From Octopus sinensis (lineage: Eukaryota): a stretch of DNA of 64,000 bases. Of this stretch, positions 38,738 through 52,336 are shown one piece after another. The translations under genes were made by a program, and so were the position numbers. A model generated the notes under the pieces. It ran no database searches and had not been told where the DNA came from. It saw nothing but the letters and a program-made list of their open reading frames with translations. Numbering within the stretch: the first letter of the stretch is position 1; every line of letters begins with the position of its first letter. The DNA lies in contig NW_021824832.1 in NCBI RefSeq assembly GCF_006345805.1, positions 2,050 through 66,049 of the forward strand, given 5' to 3'.

Positions 38738-39516
38738 TTCTCTGAATGCTTTAAATAACGAAATGAAATGAACACATATGTACCTGTCATAATATTAATG
38801 TACTTAGCATGCAACTAACCTAATAAGTCTTCCTCACTCACACGTGCCAAGATACAGAATATCGCGTCAATTCCGCCACGTGCTTAGCGATTAAGCACTT
38901 CCGGTTCCATGCAAAGGAAATACTCAATCTAGCTGTATTATTATACTATAATGAACACCCAAAAACATATTAGAGTTGATACCACTATAAGGGCTTATAT
39001 TATTCTTGATGTATATCATCCACTTTGTTGCTATATACCTACAGATGTTTCTAGCTAAATGTGGTTTTAATTTTAAAACATTATCATATGTGAAGCATGT
39101 ATAACTGAAAACCAAAATCAACGGAAACAAAAAAAAAAAAAAAAGGAAGGAAATAGAATGAGGGAGAGTATACTGTCAAAAACGATGGAACGCCAGTTAT
39201 AAATACTTTGATATAATCATTTGTGTGTCTGTGTATGTTCTGAATTGAAATTCTCATGGGGCTGCCTTTTGCCTTTCATCTCTTTGGAGTCAAGGACAAA
39301 AACAATACCAAAGAAATGCGTGTCTATCTTTGTTTTGTTTTTTTTTTCTCTTAACTTATGTATGTATGAAGCAATGCAATCGTAAGCAGTCAACGTTTTT
39401 TCAAATTAGTTTCTCTGCATAAACGTGTACAAGTTAAGATCAACACCAAAACTAGCACTGCTACTACTACTACTACTACTACTACTACTATTACTAATAA
39501 TAATAATAATACTAGT

Positions 39517-39555
<39 letters not shown>

Positions 39556-39899
39556 AGATATGATGAGAAAAGTACAGTCGTGTTCTTTATTCTTCTAGTA
39601 ATGATGTTTTCTCATCTAAACTCAAGGCCAGGAATTAAAGGCGCACAATGCATCTACGAGGAGTGGCAATTCATATTAAAAAACTGTATACAATATATAG
39701 CCTGCATATATGATGTGAAAACGACATTATTTTTATTTCCTAAGATCAACATAGCATGAAAATGAGTAGGCGTATGGGAACGAAAGTTGTGGGAACTATG
39801 ATGAAGAGTCATTCTAATTCACATGCAATAGATAGATGGATAACGTTTGAGCATTTAAAGCTCTGCTACTAGGATCTGGTGCAAACTGTGCATCCCATA

Positions 39900-40294
39900 T
39901 CTTTATATATAAAACTGTAGTTGTGTGAGTGTCTGTCCCCTTCGATTTAGATTCCTAACTACTCCCACATTTTGCGATGCAGTTTAACCAAAACCGGGTA
40001 TCTTATAGAGGGGATTCATATCGAGCCCTTCTGGGTATTAGCGCGCGTCTACGATGAGTCTACGGTTTTAAAAATAATTTACCATAATTTATTTTCCATT
40101 TTAACGCATATTTTTTAAGTAAAGGGAAGTAACTCTCTAAAAATGTCTACGATGAGTCAACGATTTAAAAAAAATTTACCATAATTTTTTTTCCATTTTC
40201 AATGCATTTTTGCTATTTTTTGGCTATAACTCTCTAAATATGCTTTATAGTTATTTCCCTTACAAACCCAAGCAACGCCAGGCGATACTGCTAG
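39900..40294 (+). mobile_element. Non-autonomous Helitron
   Basis: 5' TCTTTATATATAAAA after A; 3' CTAG before T; subterminal hairpin cgcc-a-ggcg; internal ~65-bp tandem duplication (40047 and 40145); no TSD. Confidence 0.85.
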
Positions 40295-40948
40295 TATATT
40301 ATACATCTCTGAGTCTTTATCTCATATAATCTTTTATATTGGTTTCAAAATTTTGACACAAGACCAGCCTTTTCTAAACTGGGTTTAAGTCGATTTTTAT
40401 CACAGCCATTGGAGAAGACGGCAGCATTGTACATTATGCTCCCATCTCCAACAGCAACACATATCTCCTGCTAACGATATTTTTTCCACGATATATATAA
40501 CTGTACAACGGCAGGTATTTTTTACCACTATTCGGGGCAAAAAATGCTACGTCACTTTCAACGCATATTTGGAAACCTAAACACGAAAGTCAAGTCCTCA
40601 CCATATTACAAGAAATATTAGATAAATCACAAACTGAAAACCAGATCAACTACAGCGTTTCTAATGCAAAGTTTAATCGATCGACTCATAAAATAATTGC
40701 ATCCTGATGTATGAAATACTGCAGGTAACGTTCTATCCTTTCTGACACTGCATTAAATCATTCTATTTTCTCAAATTTCTCGTGCTGGCGTGTACTACTG
40801 AAGAAAGGAACGAAACTTTGAACCGGATTTTGTAAACAACATTGTATAAATACATTAATTAACAAACGTAAAATTCTTACAGATTCACCACTTCAAATTG
40901 TATAGAGATGAGAAATTTAATATTTATGTAAAGCAAAATAAACAAAAA

Positions 40949-40990
<42 letters not shown>

Positions 40991-41132
40991 CGCTTATTCT
41001 CCCTCTCATTCCTTCAATCTATCTCTCCTCACTCGCAATCTGTCTGTCTTTGTCTCTGACGCTCTGTCTCTGTCTCTCATTATCTATGTATATATGCATG
41101 TATGCATTGCTTAGTTCAAACACCTCTACATA

Positions 41133-41163
<31 letters not shown>

Positions 41164-41167
41164 ATAC

Positions 41168-41212
<45 letters not shown>

Positions 41213-41301
41213 CATACATATATACATACATACATACATACATACATACATACATACATACGTATATACAGAAAGCGAGAGAGAGAAAGATGTGCATATA
41301 A

Positions 41302-41359
<58 letters not shown>

Positions 41360-41728
41360 TATATATAAAACTATAAAAGCTGGCATCAAATGTCCGTAAA
41401 ACATCGGACACAACAGTAAATTGTCTGAAAGAAATCGATGTTGTTTATCATATAGTATAGCGGATTAAAGAGAGTTTAACTTGAGGCTAAATTAAATCTT
41501 AAATCTTATTTCATTTATTCAGCTCCATTTTTTTTATTGAACTTTTTTGTGTGTGTGTTGCCGAGGTGGGGTTACAATATATATTTTTACCATTTTCTAA
41601 TGAACTTCATCATATAAATATGAATTGTTCTTAATTATATTTTCTTTCCCACGTCAATTCGACAACGTTTCTTTAATTCTTGTTCTCTCTCTCTCCCCCT
41701 CTCTCTTTCTCTGTCTTCCTTTCTCCTC

Positions 41729-41776
<48 letters not shown>

Positions 41777-41895
41777 CTCTCTTTCAGTTTCTGTCCGCTT
41801 TCCTATGCGTTTCCTACTCCTACCTTTTCCGCTGTTCTTTATCATATGCTCTGCTCTTCTTTCCTTCCTCTCCCTTTGTTTTGTTTCTCCGCACG

Positions 41896-41934
<39 letters not shown>

Positions 41935-42770
41935 ACACACACACTCATACACACACACACGCGCGTGCACACACACACTCACACACGCACACACACGCAC
42001 ACACACACACACACACACGCACACAGACTCACACACACATACACTTTCACGTGCAAAATTTCACACACACATTTCAGACCTACAGCTATCCCTTGTTTAT
42101 TATGAGGGATTTTTCACTCTGGTTTCTTGCAGGTCAGAGATGAGGTAAAAGCTTCATCATTAAATCGCCACTCTTCTCAGTAGTGGTGATAGTGATGGCG
42201 GGAGTAATTTTAGATATTATATTACAGAAAAATAAAATGCATTACAGAATTTATTCTGTATTTCTGCATGCTTCTGTGTGAACGTATCTGTGTATGTGTT
42301 TGCGCTTTTCTGTACGTGTGCGTGAGTGTCTTTTACATCAATATCTCGTATTATCCCCTGGGGTGACGGTATTTTCTTCTAATGGTCTCATGAAAGCGAA
42401 CATCTGATTTTCTATATACCACCATCATAAGCATTGTAACAATGTCCGGCATTTTACGTACTAACGTAGAGTTCCACTGACCTATAGCAATTTGTGGCTT
42501 GATTCAGGCACAATGTCTCATGCTCATACACGTGTAAATACATACATAAATGTGGGGGGGGGGGGGCTGTATGTGTGTGTGGATGTATGTATGCGTATGA
42601 ATGAGTGTATGTATGCAGGTACGTATGTATATATGTATACGCTCTGCATTTGAATAACGTTTATTTTGAAGCCTATGTATATTGATCTGTAACACCGGTT
42701 ATTTGTATTGCTATATCAAAGTGAGACACTAATATATATATATATGCGTGCGTGTGTGCGTGGTAAGTTA

Positions 42771-43175
42771 AGTAGCTTGCTTACCAGCAACATGGTTCCG
42801 GTTTCAGTCCCACTGCGTGGCACCTTGAGCAACCGTCTTCTATTATAGCCTCGGGCCGACTGAAACTTTGTGAGTGGATTTGGTAGACGGAAACTGAAAG
42901 AAGTCCATCGTATATGTGGGTGTCTCTTTGTGTGTGTGTGTGTGTGTGTTCGTGTTTGTGCATCTGTGTTTGTCCCCCACCATCGTTTAACAACTGATGC
43001 TGGAATATTTACATCCTCGTAACTTACTAGTTCCGATAGAATAAGTACTAGGCTTACAAAGAGTAAGTCCTGGGGTCGATTTGCTCGACTAAAGGCTGTA
43101 CTCCAGCATGGTCACAGTCAGATGACTGAAATAAAAAAAAAGAGTTGAAGAGTACAAGAGTACAAGAGTAAAAGA
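42771..43175 (+). mobile_element. SINE family B
   Basis: gtagcttgctt..cagtcccactgcgtggcaccttg..gagtaaaagag. Confidence 0.85.
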
Positions 43176-44038
43176 GAATATATATATTGAAATAAACCAT
43201 TAGTTAAAATTTTGCACTTTACATGGGATACAAGGAAAATCATGCCATTATTGAAATAATTACAATTAAAACGATGACATGCATTAACACTAAACGCCAA
43301 TAAAACTAATAAACCTAGAAAATAAAATATATGAGTGATATCATTAAATAAAAATTCACTAAAATTTAATTATATTAGTAGAAATAATATAACTGTATTT
43401 CGTTAGTGAAAAATAGTATATAAATATATATATATATATATATATAAACTGTACTTGGAGAAGAAGAAACGAAACGAAACGAAACGAATCGAATCGAATC
43501 GACGCGAGGGCGCTCAGTCATACAATAGTGTAATGAATAAAATATATGCATACATACATACATATATGTACGTACTTACATCTACATGTATACATACATG
43601 CATATATAAATATATATACGTGAGTACAGGACACCACAAATAGATGTAGAACTCAACGAGAAACGAAAACGTAAAAACAAGCATGGAACGGACCAATTTT
43701 TTACAACGAAAAAACGGAGTACGAGACAAACTACACAAGGAAAAATCCCCTTCATCAGCTGTCCATAGTTCAACTCCAGCGTGTTTCGAAGGTGAGGACA
43801 GAACACGACTCGTCGAACTAGCCCTTCCTGCGAAATAATTACATAAAATTACTTCGCAGAGGGGTAAAAACAAGGAAAGTTTTTTAAGGACGCTAAAATA
43901 AACAATATAAATATCATGAGGGGTATGGTAGGATTTGACCTAAATACTCCAAGACGGCAGCTGACCACTGTCATGCTGTCCTTAAACTTTAAATTGTAGC
44001 TATTTCTAGAACAGAATTACAGAGACAAACAGCCTGAT

Positions 44039-44079
<41 letters not shown>

Positions 44080-44637
44080 GAAAGAAAACGCATAGAAGAA
44101 TTGAGCCAAAAGGAGGAGGTGCTAACAGTCAATCACACATACTAATAACGCATGCTGTTATCTCAGTGTGTAATAAACTCTCAATCTATCAGAATGTAAA
44201 AGTAATATGTCGATTTTGACTCTAAAGAGATTTCTGTCTTCTGAATTTATAATGCAATTTTTAATTGTAGAATAAATGAAGGCGGATATTGAAACGATCA
44301 TAGGCCTTACGTAATCGATAGTTATATAAAGAAATTGATTTGGCTGTATCCAAACTCTCTATATTCTGATATTATTATACTACCACTATATATATATATA
44401 AACGAGAAATATTTTGTGGGTAGAGAATTTTAGATTTTTATTAATGCATTGCTACGTATGTTTCGGCATGACATTCATTTTCATGAGATTACCTAACCAT
44501 ATCTATAAGATATTATTAAATAGTACTTATAATATCCCTGGCCCCCTACAGGATTTCATGAATTCGATGTGCATACTTCTACAAGCAATTTGGCATTGAC
44601 ACGCACACACACACACACATATATATAATATATATAT

Positions 44638-44683
<46 letters not shown>

Positions 44684-45654
44684 ATATATACATATACACA
44701 TGCACATGCATACATATAGAGAGCGAAAGAGGGAGAGAGATCGTGAAAGACAGAGAAAGAGAAAAATTCAAAACTGCCTATTAAATCAACCTCTATACTT
44801 GTATAGTCCTTATTTTGTTTCATCTGGTGTAATGGAATACAACGTCATCGTGATGGAGTTCAAAATCACCAATTAAAAAGGGTTCAAAAGCTAAATTTCA
44901 CTGCAAATCCACCTACGCAAGACAATATCGTCTCTTAACTGAGATTGATAGAGCTGTGTTAAAGGATTAAGTTTTATCACTAGTTTAGCTAACATCTACT
45001 GAAGCTGATAAAACAAATACAGTTAAGAACTGTATTTGATTGAATATGTTCTTGAAATATTTATGACCATACGTAACAATGCGTATCTCGAAGGTGTGCT
45101 ACGTGACTGACTAGAAGCGTTATCAAAGTCTGGTAGTTATCTGCGTTGGCAAATATACTGTAAAATCTGTAAGATTACATAAGAAATGATATCATGAGAA
45201 AGAAAGGAAACCAAAGTTTCATTTTGCTCCTTCGACCGTTCAGAATGTTCTTTCAGCGTAGAAAGAAGAGCTATGAAATGTAAGGCAGTTTTCTTCAGCA
45301 AATCATACAAATGTTTTCAATCTCACGCATCTTCAAAAAGTATTTTACAGCCTTACCGGAACTTTCGACTTTTCTTCTGGTTTTCCTCGATAGAGGGCAA
45401 ATGTACAAAATGATAATTACATCTTTCTACTTTTCCTTACAGCGTAAAACATCCATCTCAACTAGACGTTGAAATGTTGAAAGGCAAAGTCGATCCTGGT
45501 GGCGTTTGCATTCGGAGCGCAAAGTCGGAAGAGATGCCGATAAGCATTTTGTCCGGCGAGAACCACCTCGTTTCGGGATGTCCTGAATCGAATGCAAATA
45601 TCGTCACGATGGTGTAGGATTGTATTTATATTGGAAAATATGTGGAGCGGAGGT

Positions 45655-45986
45655 AGCGGAGAATCCCCTTCGGTCAGGAATGACCATGGGATTGCCCCTA
45701 GAAAGTTACCCTTTGAGGCACAAGTCCGGGCAAGGTTGTTTCTGGAAGGCCAGCAGTCACTTATGCATACCAGCTTCCCCTCTCCACGCCGTCGATTTCA
45801 TCCAAAGGAAAGGCAAAGGCCGACACAGCTTGGCACCGGTGATTTCGCAACTCATTTCTAGAGCTCAGTGAACTGGAGCAACGTGAAATAAAGTGTCTCA
45901 CCCAAGAACACAACACGGAGCCCGGTCCAAGATTCAAACTCACAGCCTCACGGTCGTAAGTTCGACGCTCTTACCACTGAGCCATG
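45655..45986 (-). mobile_element. SINE family C
   Basis: Colinear with 11983-12314. Confidence 0.85.
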
Positions 45987-46079
45987 GAAAATATGTAAAC
46001 ACTACAAAATTGGCACTCCTAACTACCGGTATCAACATCATACTGAGCAGTCGCTACTGGTGAAAATATCACCTTTTTG

Positions 46080-46255
46080 GCACTAGGCGGTGAGGTTCGG
46101 GAGAGGCAGCTCGTAGATTACATTGACCCCAACGCTAAACTGGTTATTATTTTATCAAACTCCGAAAGAGTGAAAGATAAAGTCAACCTCGGTGGACGGA
46201 CGAACGGTCGCTAAGCCTTTTGCTCGCCTTGCTAACGATTATGCCAGCGTACCAT
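46080..46255 (-). mobile_element. SINE family A, diverged
   Basis: Central-domain remnants. Confidence 0.6.
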
Positions 46256-46301
46256 CTTCGTAGTGGTAGTAATAGTATTAGTATTAATAATAGTAGTAGT
46301 G

Positions 46302-47402
46302 GTAGCTGCATAAGATCAAGCAATAAGGACTAATTGGATAAAAGCCAAGACAGACAAAAACCAAGTAGAATCCCAATGTAGGTTATGCAAATCAAAAGAG
46401 GAAAGCGTTACTCATTTAGTAAGTGAATGTAACATGCTGACACAAAGAATACAAGAAAAGACATGACAACCTAGGGAGAGTAATCCACTCGAATTTATGT
46501 AGAAGGTCAGGATTTGAGCATACTGATAAATGATATGAACAGGAACCTAGTATAGTACTGTGGAGGCGCAATGGCCCAGTGGTTAGGGCAGCGGACTCGC
46601 GGTCGTAGGATCGCGGTTTCGATTCCCAGACCGGGCGTTGTGAGTGTTTATTGAGCGAAAGCACCTAAAAGCTCCACGAGGCTCCGGCAGGGGGTGGTGG
46701 TGATCCCTGCTGTACTCTTTCGCCACAACTTTCTCTCACTCTTACTTCATGTTTCTGTTGTACCTGTATTTCAAAGGGTCGGCCCTTGTCACTCTCTGTG
46801 TCACGCTGAATATCCCCGAGAACTACGTTAAGGGTGCACGTGTCTGTGGAGTGCTCAGCCACTTACACGTTAATTTCACGAGCAGGCTGTTCCGTTGATT
46901 CGGATCAACCGGAACCCTCATCGTCGTAACCGACGGAGTGCTTCCATCCAAGTATAGTACTGGAAAATAAGAAATACAAGATGTTGTGGGACTTTAACAT
47001 TCGGACTGACAAAGCTATAGAAGCTAGAAGGCCTGATTTAGCAGCCGAAGATAAAGAAAATAGAAAGTACCTGATAATTGACCTCACAGTCCCAAATGAT
47101 GAAAAACTCAATATGAAAGTATAGAAAAAAAAGCAAAGTATAAGGAGACTATGGAAAGTGCGGATAAAATGTATCCCAGTAGTTATAGGTGCTTTAGGAA
47201 CTGTCCTTAAAGATCAGAACAGATGGATAGATGAAATAGGCATAAGGCAATGGATAGGGGAATTAGTACAGCTCTAGGAAACAGTGTTATTAGGGGCAGG
47301 TAGGATACTTAGGAGGCCCCTTGGCATCTAAGGTTACTTGTTGCAGCCCGATGTTAGGATTTTTTCTCTTCTAACAGTCTAATCTATTGTGCATATGTGA
47401 AA
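46302..47402 (+). mobile_element. R4/Dong-like LINE 3' relic (CCHC and RLE) interrupted by a SINE
   Basis: DQAIRTNWIKAK..CRLCKSKEESVTHLVSEC..KRHDNLGRVIH..EPSIVLEN..LWDFNIRTD..RRPDL..IIDLTVP..IPVVIGALG; followed by (ATG)n. Confidence 0.88.
46561..46950 (+). mobile_element. SINE family D, full length with 12-bp TSD
   Basis: TSD agtatagtactg at 46549-46560 and 46951-46962. Confidence 0.92.
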
Positions 47403-47448
<46 letters not shown>

Positions 47449-47610
47449 CGACGACGACGACGACGATGATGATGATGATGATGACGACCACTACGAGGAC
47501 AAAGAAGAAGAAGAAGAAGAAGAAGAAGAAGAAGAAGAAGAAGAAGAAGAAGAAGAAGAAGAAGAAGAAGAAGAAGAAGAAGAAGAAGAAGAAGAAGAAG
47601 AAGAAGAAGA
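47403..47610 (+). repeat. (GAT)n(GAC)n(GAA)n compound microsatellite
   Basis: Direct reading. Confidence 0.95.
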
Positions 47611-49317
47611 ATTACTAGTAGTTTCCCTATTTTATTGGCTGCGTTAAAAATATAGTAAAAAATATATTTAAAGCTTATCATTAAATTTATTTAGTTACGA
47701 TTTAGTTACATGTGAGACATTTCCTGTATATATGATAAGATAGTAGGGACGAGATTGCCTATGCCAAGCAATTCTGTTACCAAATTCTAATTTATTTCTT
47801 CACTTATCTCTTGTTTGTATAAAGGAACTAAGGAAGAAATATTATACTTGAGACAAGCTTTGATATTGTGTTGACTACTTTGGATGTTACCTAGTGAAAC
47901 GGATCCAGTGAATTTTCTGTTATTTCTGTGAATTTTTTTTTTTCTGTGTTCTATAGTAACGGTGTGGAATTCAAATTACGTTGATAAAAAAATCCTCTTT
48001 ATCCTTTGCTGATCCTTATGCTCATATCGATCCTTGAAACAGTCCTCCAATAACGGCTAATCTCGTGTTTTCAATTATGTCTTTAATTAAAATTGTTTAT
48101 TTAACATCATCTGATTGGAAAAGCTATTTTGTTTACTGAAGATTCATTAAAGAAATCAAATAGAACGTTACAAGTGTTGAACAGAATTTCCAGGTTTTAT
48201 CAAATCCATGTTGGAATTTCTCGCTTATAAATTGATATTTATTTAGATTAAATGAAGAGATGTTTGTTTAATATCCTCATTTCAGATTGTAGAATTCTCA
48301 TATGGTTTGATTCAGCGAAATCATTTTTTTTTTCTGCTGCAAATATAGTTTCTGCTTTCTTTGTTTTATATTATTACATAATTATTTATTTATTTATTTA
48401 TTTTAACTTTTTGCACTTTCCTATCTTTGTTTGACTCCTTGATAATTTCAACAGAGAAAATTAGATTTTGAAAAACCTTGGTGATGTATAATTTCAAGAG
48501 TACCGTCGAAGATACCAACAAATATACTATTGATAATTTTAAAACTCACGAATCAAAATAAATCTTTGTTTTCTTCCAAAGTAATGTTGTTTTATATTAT
48601 ATCATATTTTTTTCCATTTAATTTTTCTCCGAACGCCTTTAGAATTCAAACAGGCCCCATTTTGTTTTTATCATTTTGTTGTTTATATTTAGCTCTTACT
48701 CTTTCATTTTGGAACTATGAAACTTAATTAACAAACATTCTTTGTTTTGTAGCTGTTCAATGTAGTCAAGGTAACATTTGATTTTTCAAAAGGCTGCGAT
48801 GATATCTTGACAATGGAGAGGAGCAGCATATGTCATATAGAATTTTGGTAATGTTGCAATTAAAAGCAAGTTTTCCATTGATTTATTTTTTTATATTTCT
48901 GTGGGAATCGCTGTTATTTCAGTTATTGCTGCAGATTGCTATAGAAGTTATGACCTCAGAGAAATGTTATGCAGATATAAGTTGGGGAAAAAATATTCAC
49001 GCATACACATACATACATACATACATTTATATATAAAGAGAGAGAGAGAGAGAGAGAGAATGAGAGAAATCTTTATACACATATAAATAGAGATTTAGCG
49101 AAATAGATAGATAGACAGGCACAGAGAGAGAGAGAGAGAGAGAGAGTAGAAGCGAGAGAGAGATTTAGATAATTATAAATGCATAACTATATGCTCATAT
49201 CAAAATAAAGTTGTAACTATCAAATTCCTCGTATTACTTTTTGCCTATTATATAAAAACACACACACATGTATGAATACATATAAATATAAGTATATATA
49301 TATATATATATATATAT

Positions 49318-49377
<60 letters not shown>

Positions 49378-49386
49378 TATATATAT

Positions 49387-49444
<58 letters not shown>

Positions 49445-49644
49445 ATTGGTTTTTAACTTACATAAAAAAACATTTTGAAATCCAATTATATATTGTCTAA
49501 TACAGAACGCAATGCAGTGCTGGAGTTAACTAATTATTCCTTTTATGAAAAAAATGCGTGACCGGAAAGTTTTGTCGAAACTTCTAAATCTATTTCCATT
49601 TATCCACACATTAACACACACATGCACATATACGCATTCGTAAG

Positions 49645-49697
<53 letters not shown>

Positions 49698-49789
49698 ATA
49701 CTAACAGTTCACAATCAAAGCATCATTTTAGCCATATCATAACACACATGCTATCAAACAGAAGAGGAGTACTATATAAGATATTTAGG

Positions 49790-49936
49790 CTTGCTCCGGG
49801 TTCAATCCCACTACGGGGGAACCGTGGGCAAGTGTCTTCTATTGTAGCCTCGGGCCGGCCAAAGCCTTGTAGGTAGATTTGGCATTGGGAAACTGAAAGA
49901 AGCTCGTTGTACATAGATGTGCGTGCGTGCATGTGT

Positions 49937-49972
<36 letters not shown>

Positions 49973-50172
49973 ATGTATTTGTACCTGTGTTTGTCCCCGC
50001 CCCCGTTGCTTGATGGTCGCTGTGTGTGTTTTATTGATTCGTAAAAGATATCGATATAATATGTACCAGGCTTAACAATATAAGTACAGGGTTCAATTCA
50101 TTGGACTAGAAATTGAAGGCGGTGCCCCAGTATGGCCGCAGTCTAATGACTGAAACAAGTAAAAGATAAAAG
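49790..50172 (+). mobile_element. SINE family B
   Basis: gggttcaatcccact..gggcaagtgtcttc..tgactgaaacaagtaaaaga. Confidence 0.82.
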
Positions 50173-51419
50173 ATATAAAAAAAAGAGATGCTACAATTAA
50201 AGAAAACTATCAGAATCATAAATCTAAGCCTACTGAAATTCCCGGGTTCTTAACACAAGACTACCATGCAAAGCAGGTCTCATAATTCCTACAAAATACT
50301 TTAATGAGCTTTATGCTTATATTATAAAAATAAACAAGGATATTTCACATCATGTTTCCCTGTTGACATCAAAATTATTTCATTATGGAAACCACAACTC
50401 TACCCGTGTTGGAATCCAGAGATTATCATATATTGAATTGCGTGGAATTAAAATATAATCTTGATTGCTAGTGAATAACTTTGATGGTTTGCTACTATGT
50501 CTGCTTTAATGGTTTGTTACTGTATAGAGTAACAAATAGACAACGATTGCAGTAGTGTTCGTGTATCTCGATCGTACACGTGGTCCTTTCGGAGGTGATT
50601 GTGATATGTTGACGTATACACATGAAATGTCTGATACATATTAACTTTCAGGCAGAATATTCGTATATACACGTAAGCATATTACGAATCACTTGCGGAG
50701 ATAAGTCTAATATTCATTTCTGTTTTAGTTATTGATGCAGAGTGTTTATGTATAATTTATGGTATGAGTTTTTCAAACTCTTGGTTAACAATGGATCAGA
50801 TCTGATCGATAGATCTAAGTCGTGCCTCCCTGTTTGATTTAGATTTTTCCCTTCGTATATTCCTAACTTTAACTTCAAGATAGTTCTGTTGAGGAATTAT
50901 GTTTTTGAAAAGAGTTGGTGATACATAATACAAATTAAATGTGTACCAACACTGTCTAAGAGAGAAAACACTATATTATTAATATGTCTAAAAATTGTGA
51001 CTCAATGTAAACATATAAACCATTATTTTCATCCTAAGTAGTGTTGATTTTACTTTCATTTGTATGTAATTTACAACAAAAATATATAATTCCATTATAT
51101 ATATGCATATATTGCATATATACTTACAAAACAAAAGCATTTTACAAACACATATACATACTTAGATACCTACAAAACCAGCACATATATATACGCACAA
51201 AGACACAGGCATGTATACATATAAACAAGTATGTATGTATGTATATATGAATGTATGTTTGTAAGTATGTTTGTAATTGTACGTACATAGAATTGATTTA
51301 TTTCTCTTATGTATATCTGTATAACATTTCACCTTTAGAACAATCAACAGCAATAAGTGAAAGATAGAAACTCTAATCAATATGAAAAAATTGCTTTTAA
51401 TTACAACATTAGTGAAACT

Positions 51420-51920
51420 ATAAGTCTTTTCGTTTTGGACATAGTTTGTCTTCGACAACATTAACCAATGTGTTAATCCATTGTTCGAGATTGCATGATT
51501 TAATTTTTCGAAAATCTCGTCTGCAGTTTCTATTAAATCAAACGACTTTGGCTCATCGATTGATTGGAGCTATTAAATGAAACTACGTTGTCCAGTTCCA
51601 TTCTACACATTTTAGACGAGTCTTTCTGGTCCCGTGGAAGATGAAACTAAAACTATAACAGACATTGAAAATGTGTTTTCGAATAGATCTTTGCAAAAGA
51701 ATTTGAGGCAGAAATATATTAGCATGCACTCGTGTAACAGCATACATCTTTATATCGAATAATAAGGAATACATAAAATTCATGCCATCAAAAATGGTGG
51801 AAGTCTTGATATATTTGTGTTAACTTCAACCTGCAAAACAGAAGAGATTTGAATTGACACATATCTCAAGTTACTATGTATACCTCATTAGTTACAAAGA
51901 TAATCTTGCGGGATTATTCA
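51420..51920 (+). mobile_element. Ancient Penelope-like RT relic
   Basis: In PLE RT order but across frameshifts: SF.DIV.L.NI (51430), NYVVQFHSTHFRRVFLVPW (51581-51640), IKF / KNGGSLDIFVL (51773-51820), TYL..SYKDNLAGLF. Confidence 0.55.
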
Positions 51921-52255
51921 ACTTAGAACTTTTAAGATAACCTTTGGTTGCATCTCTGCACTAAAGTGATAATCCGACCGAATTAGGTTACAGTTTTAAA
52001 TCTTGCCTTTATCCCCTTTTCTCTTTCTACTTACAAACACTCATATAAATGTGACCTCGTGTGTACCGTTGGAGATTTTTTTTCCTCTATCTTCCCTTCT
52101 CTGGATCTTTCCTTCTCCTATGTTTCCGACGAAGAGCTCCTCTCGAAACGTTAGACCCTCCTTCTTTTCTTCTTTCCTGAGCGTCCAATAATACTATATT
52201 TGTTCCACGTCCTCGCGTTGTTGTGTTTTTTGTGTTTTCTTGTTTGGATTAACTA

Positions 52256-52336
<81 letters not shown>

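Noticed and set aside
47387-47681. Acidic D/E-rich 'protein'
   Set aside because: Pure (GAT)(GAC)(GAA) microsatellite that is open in several frames.
50652-50672. 21-nt exon-like segment with GTAAGC donor
   Set aside because: Short pyrimidine tract; chance-level evidence.
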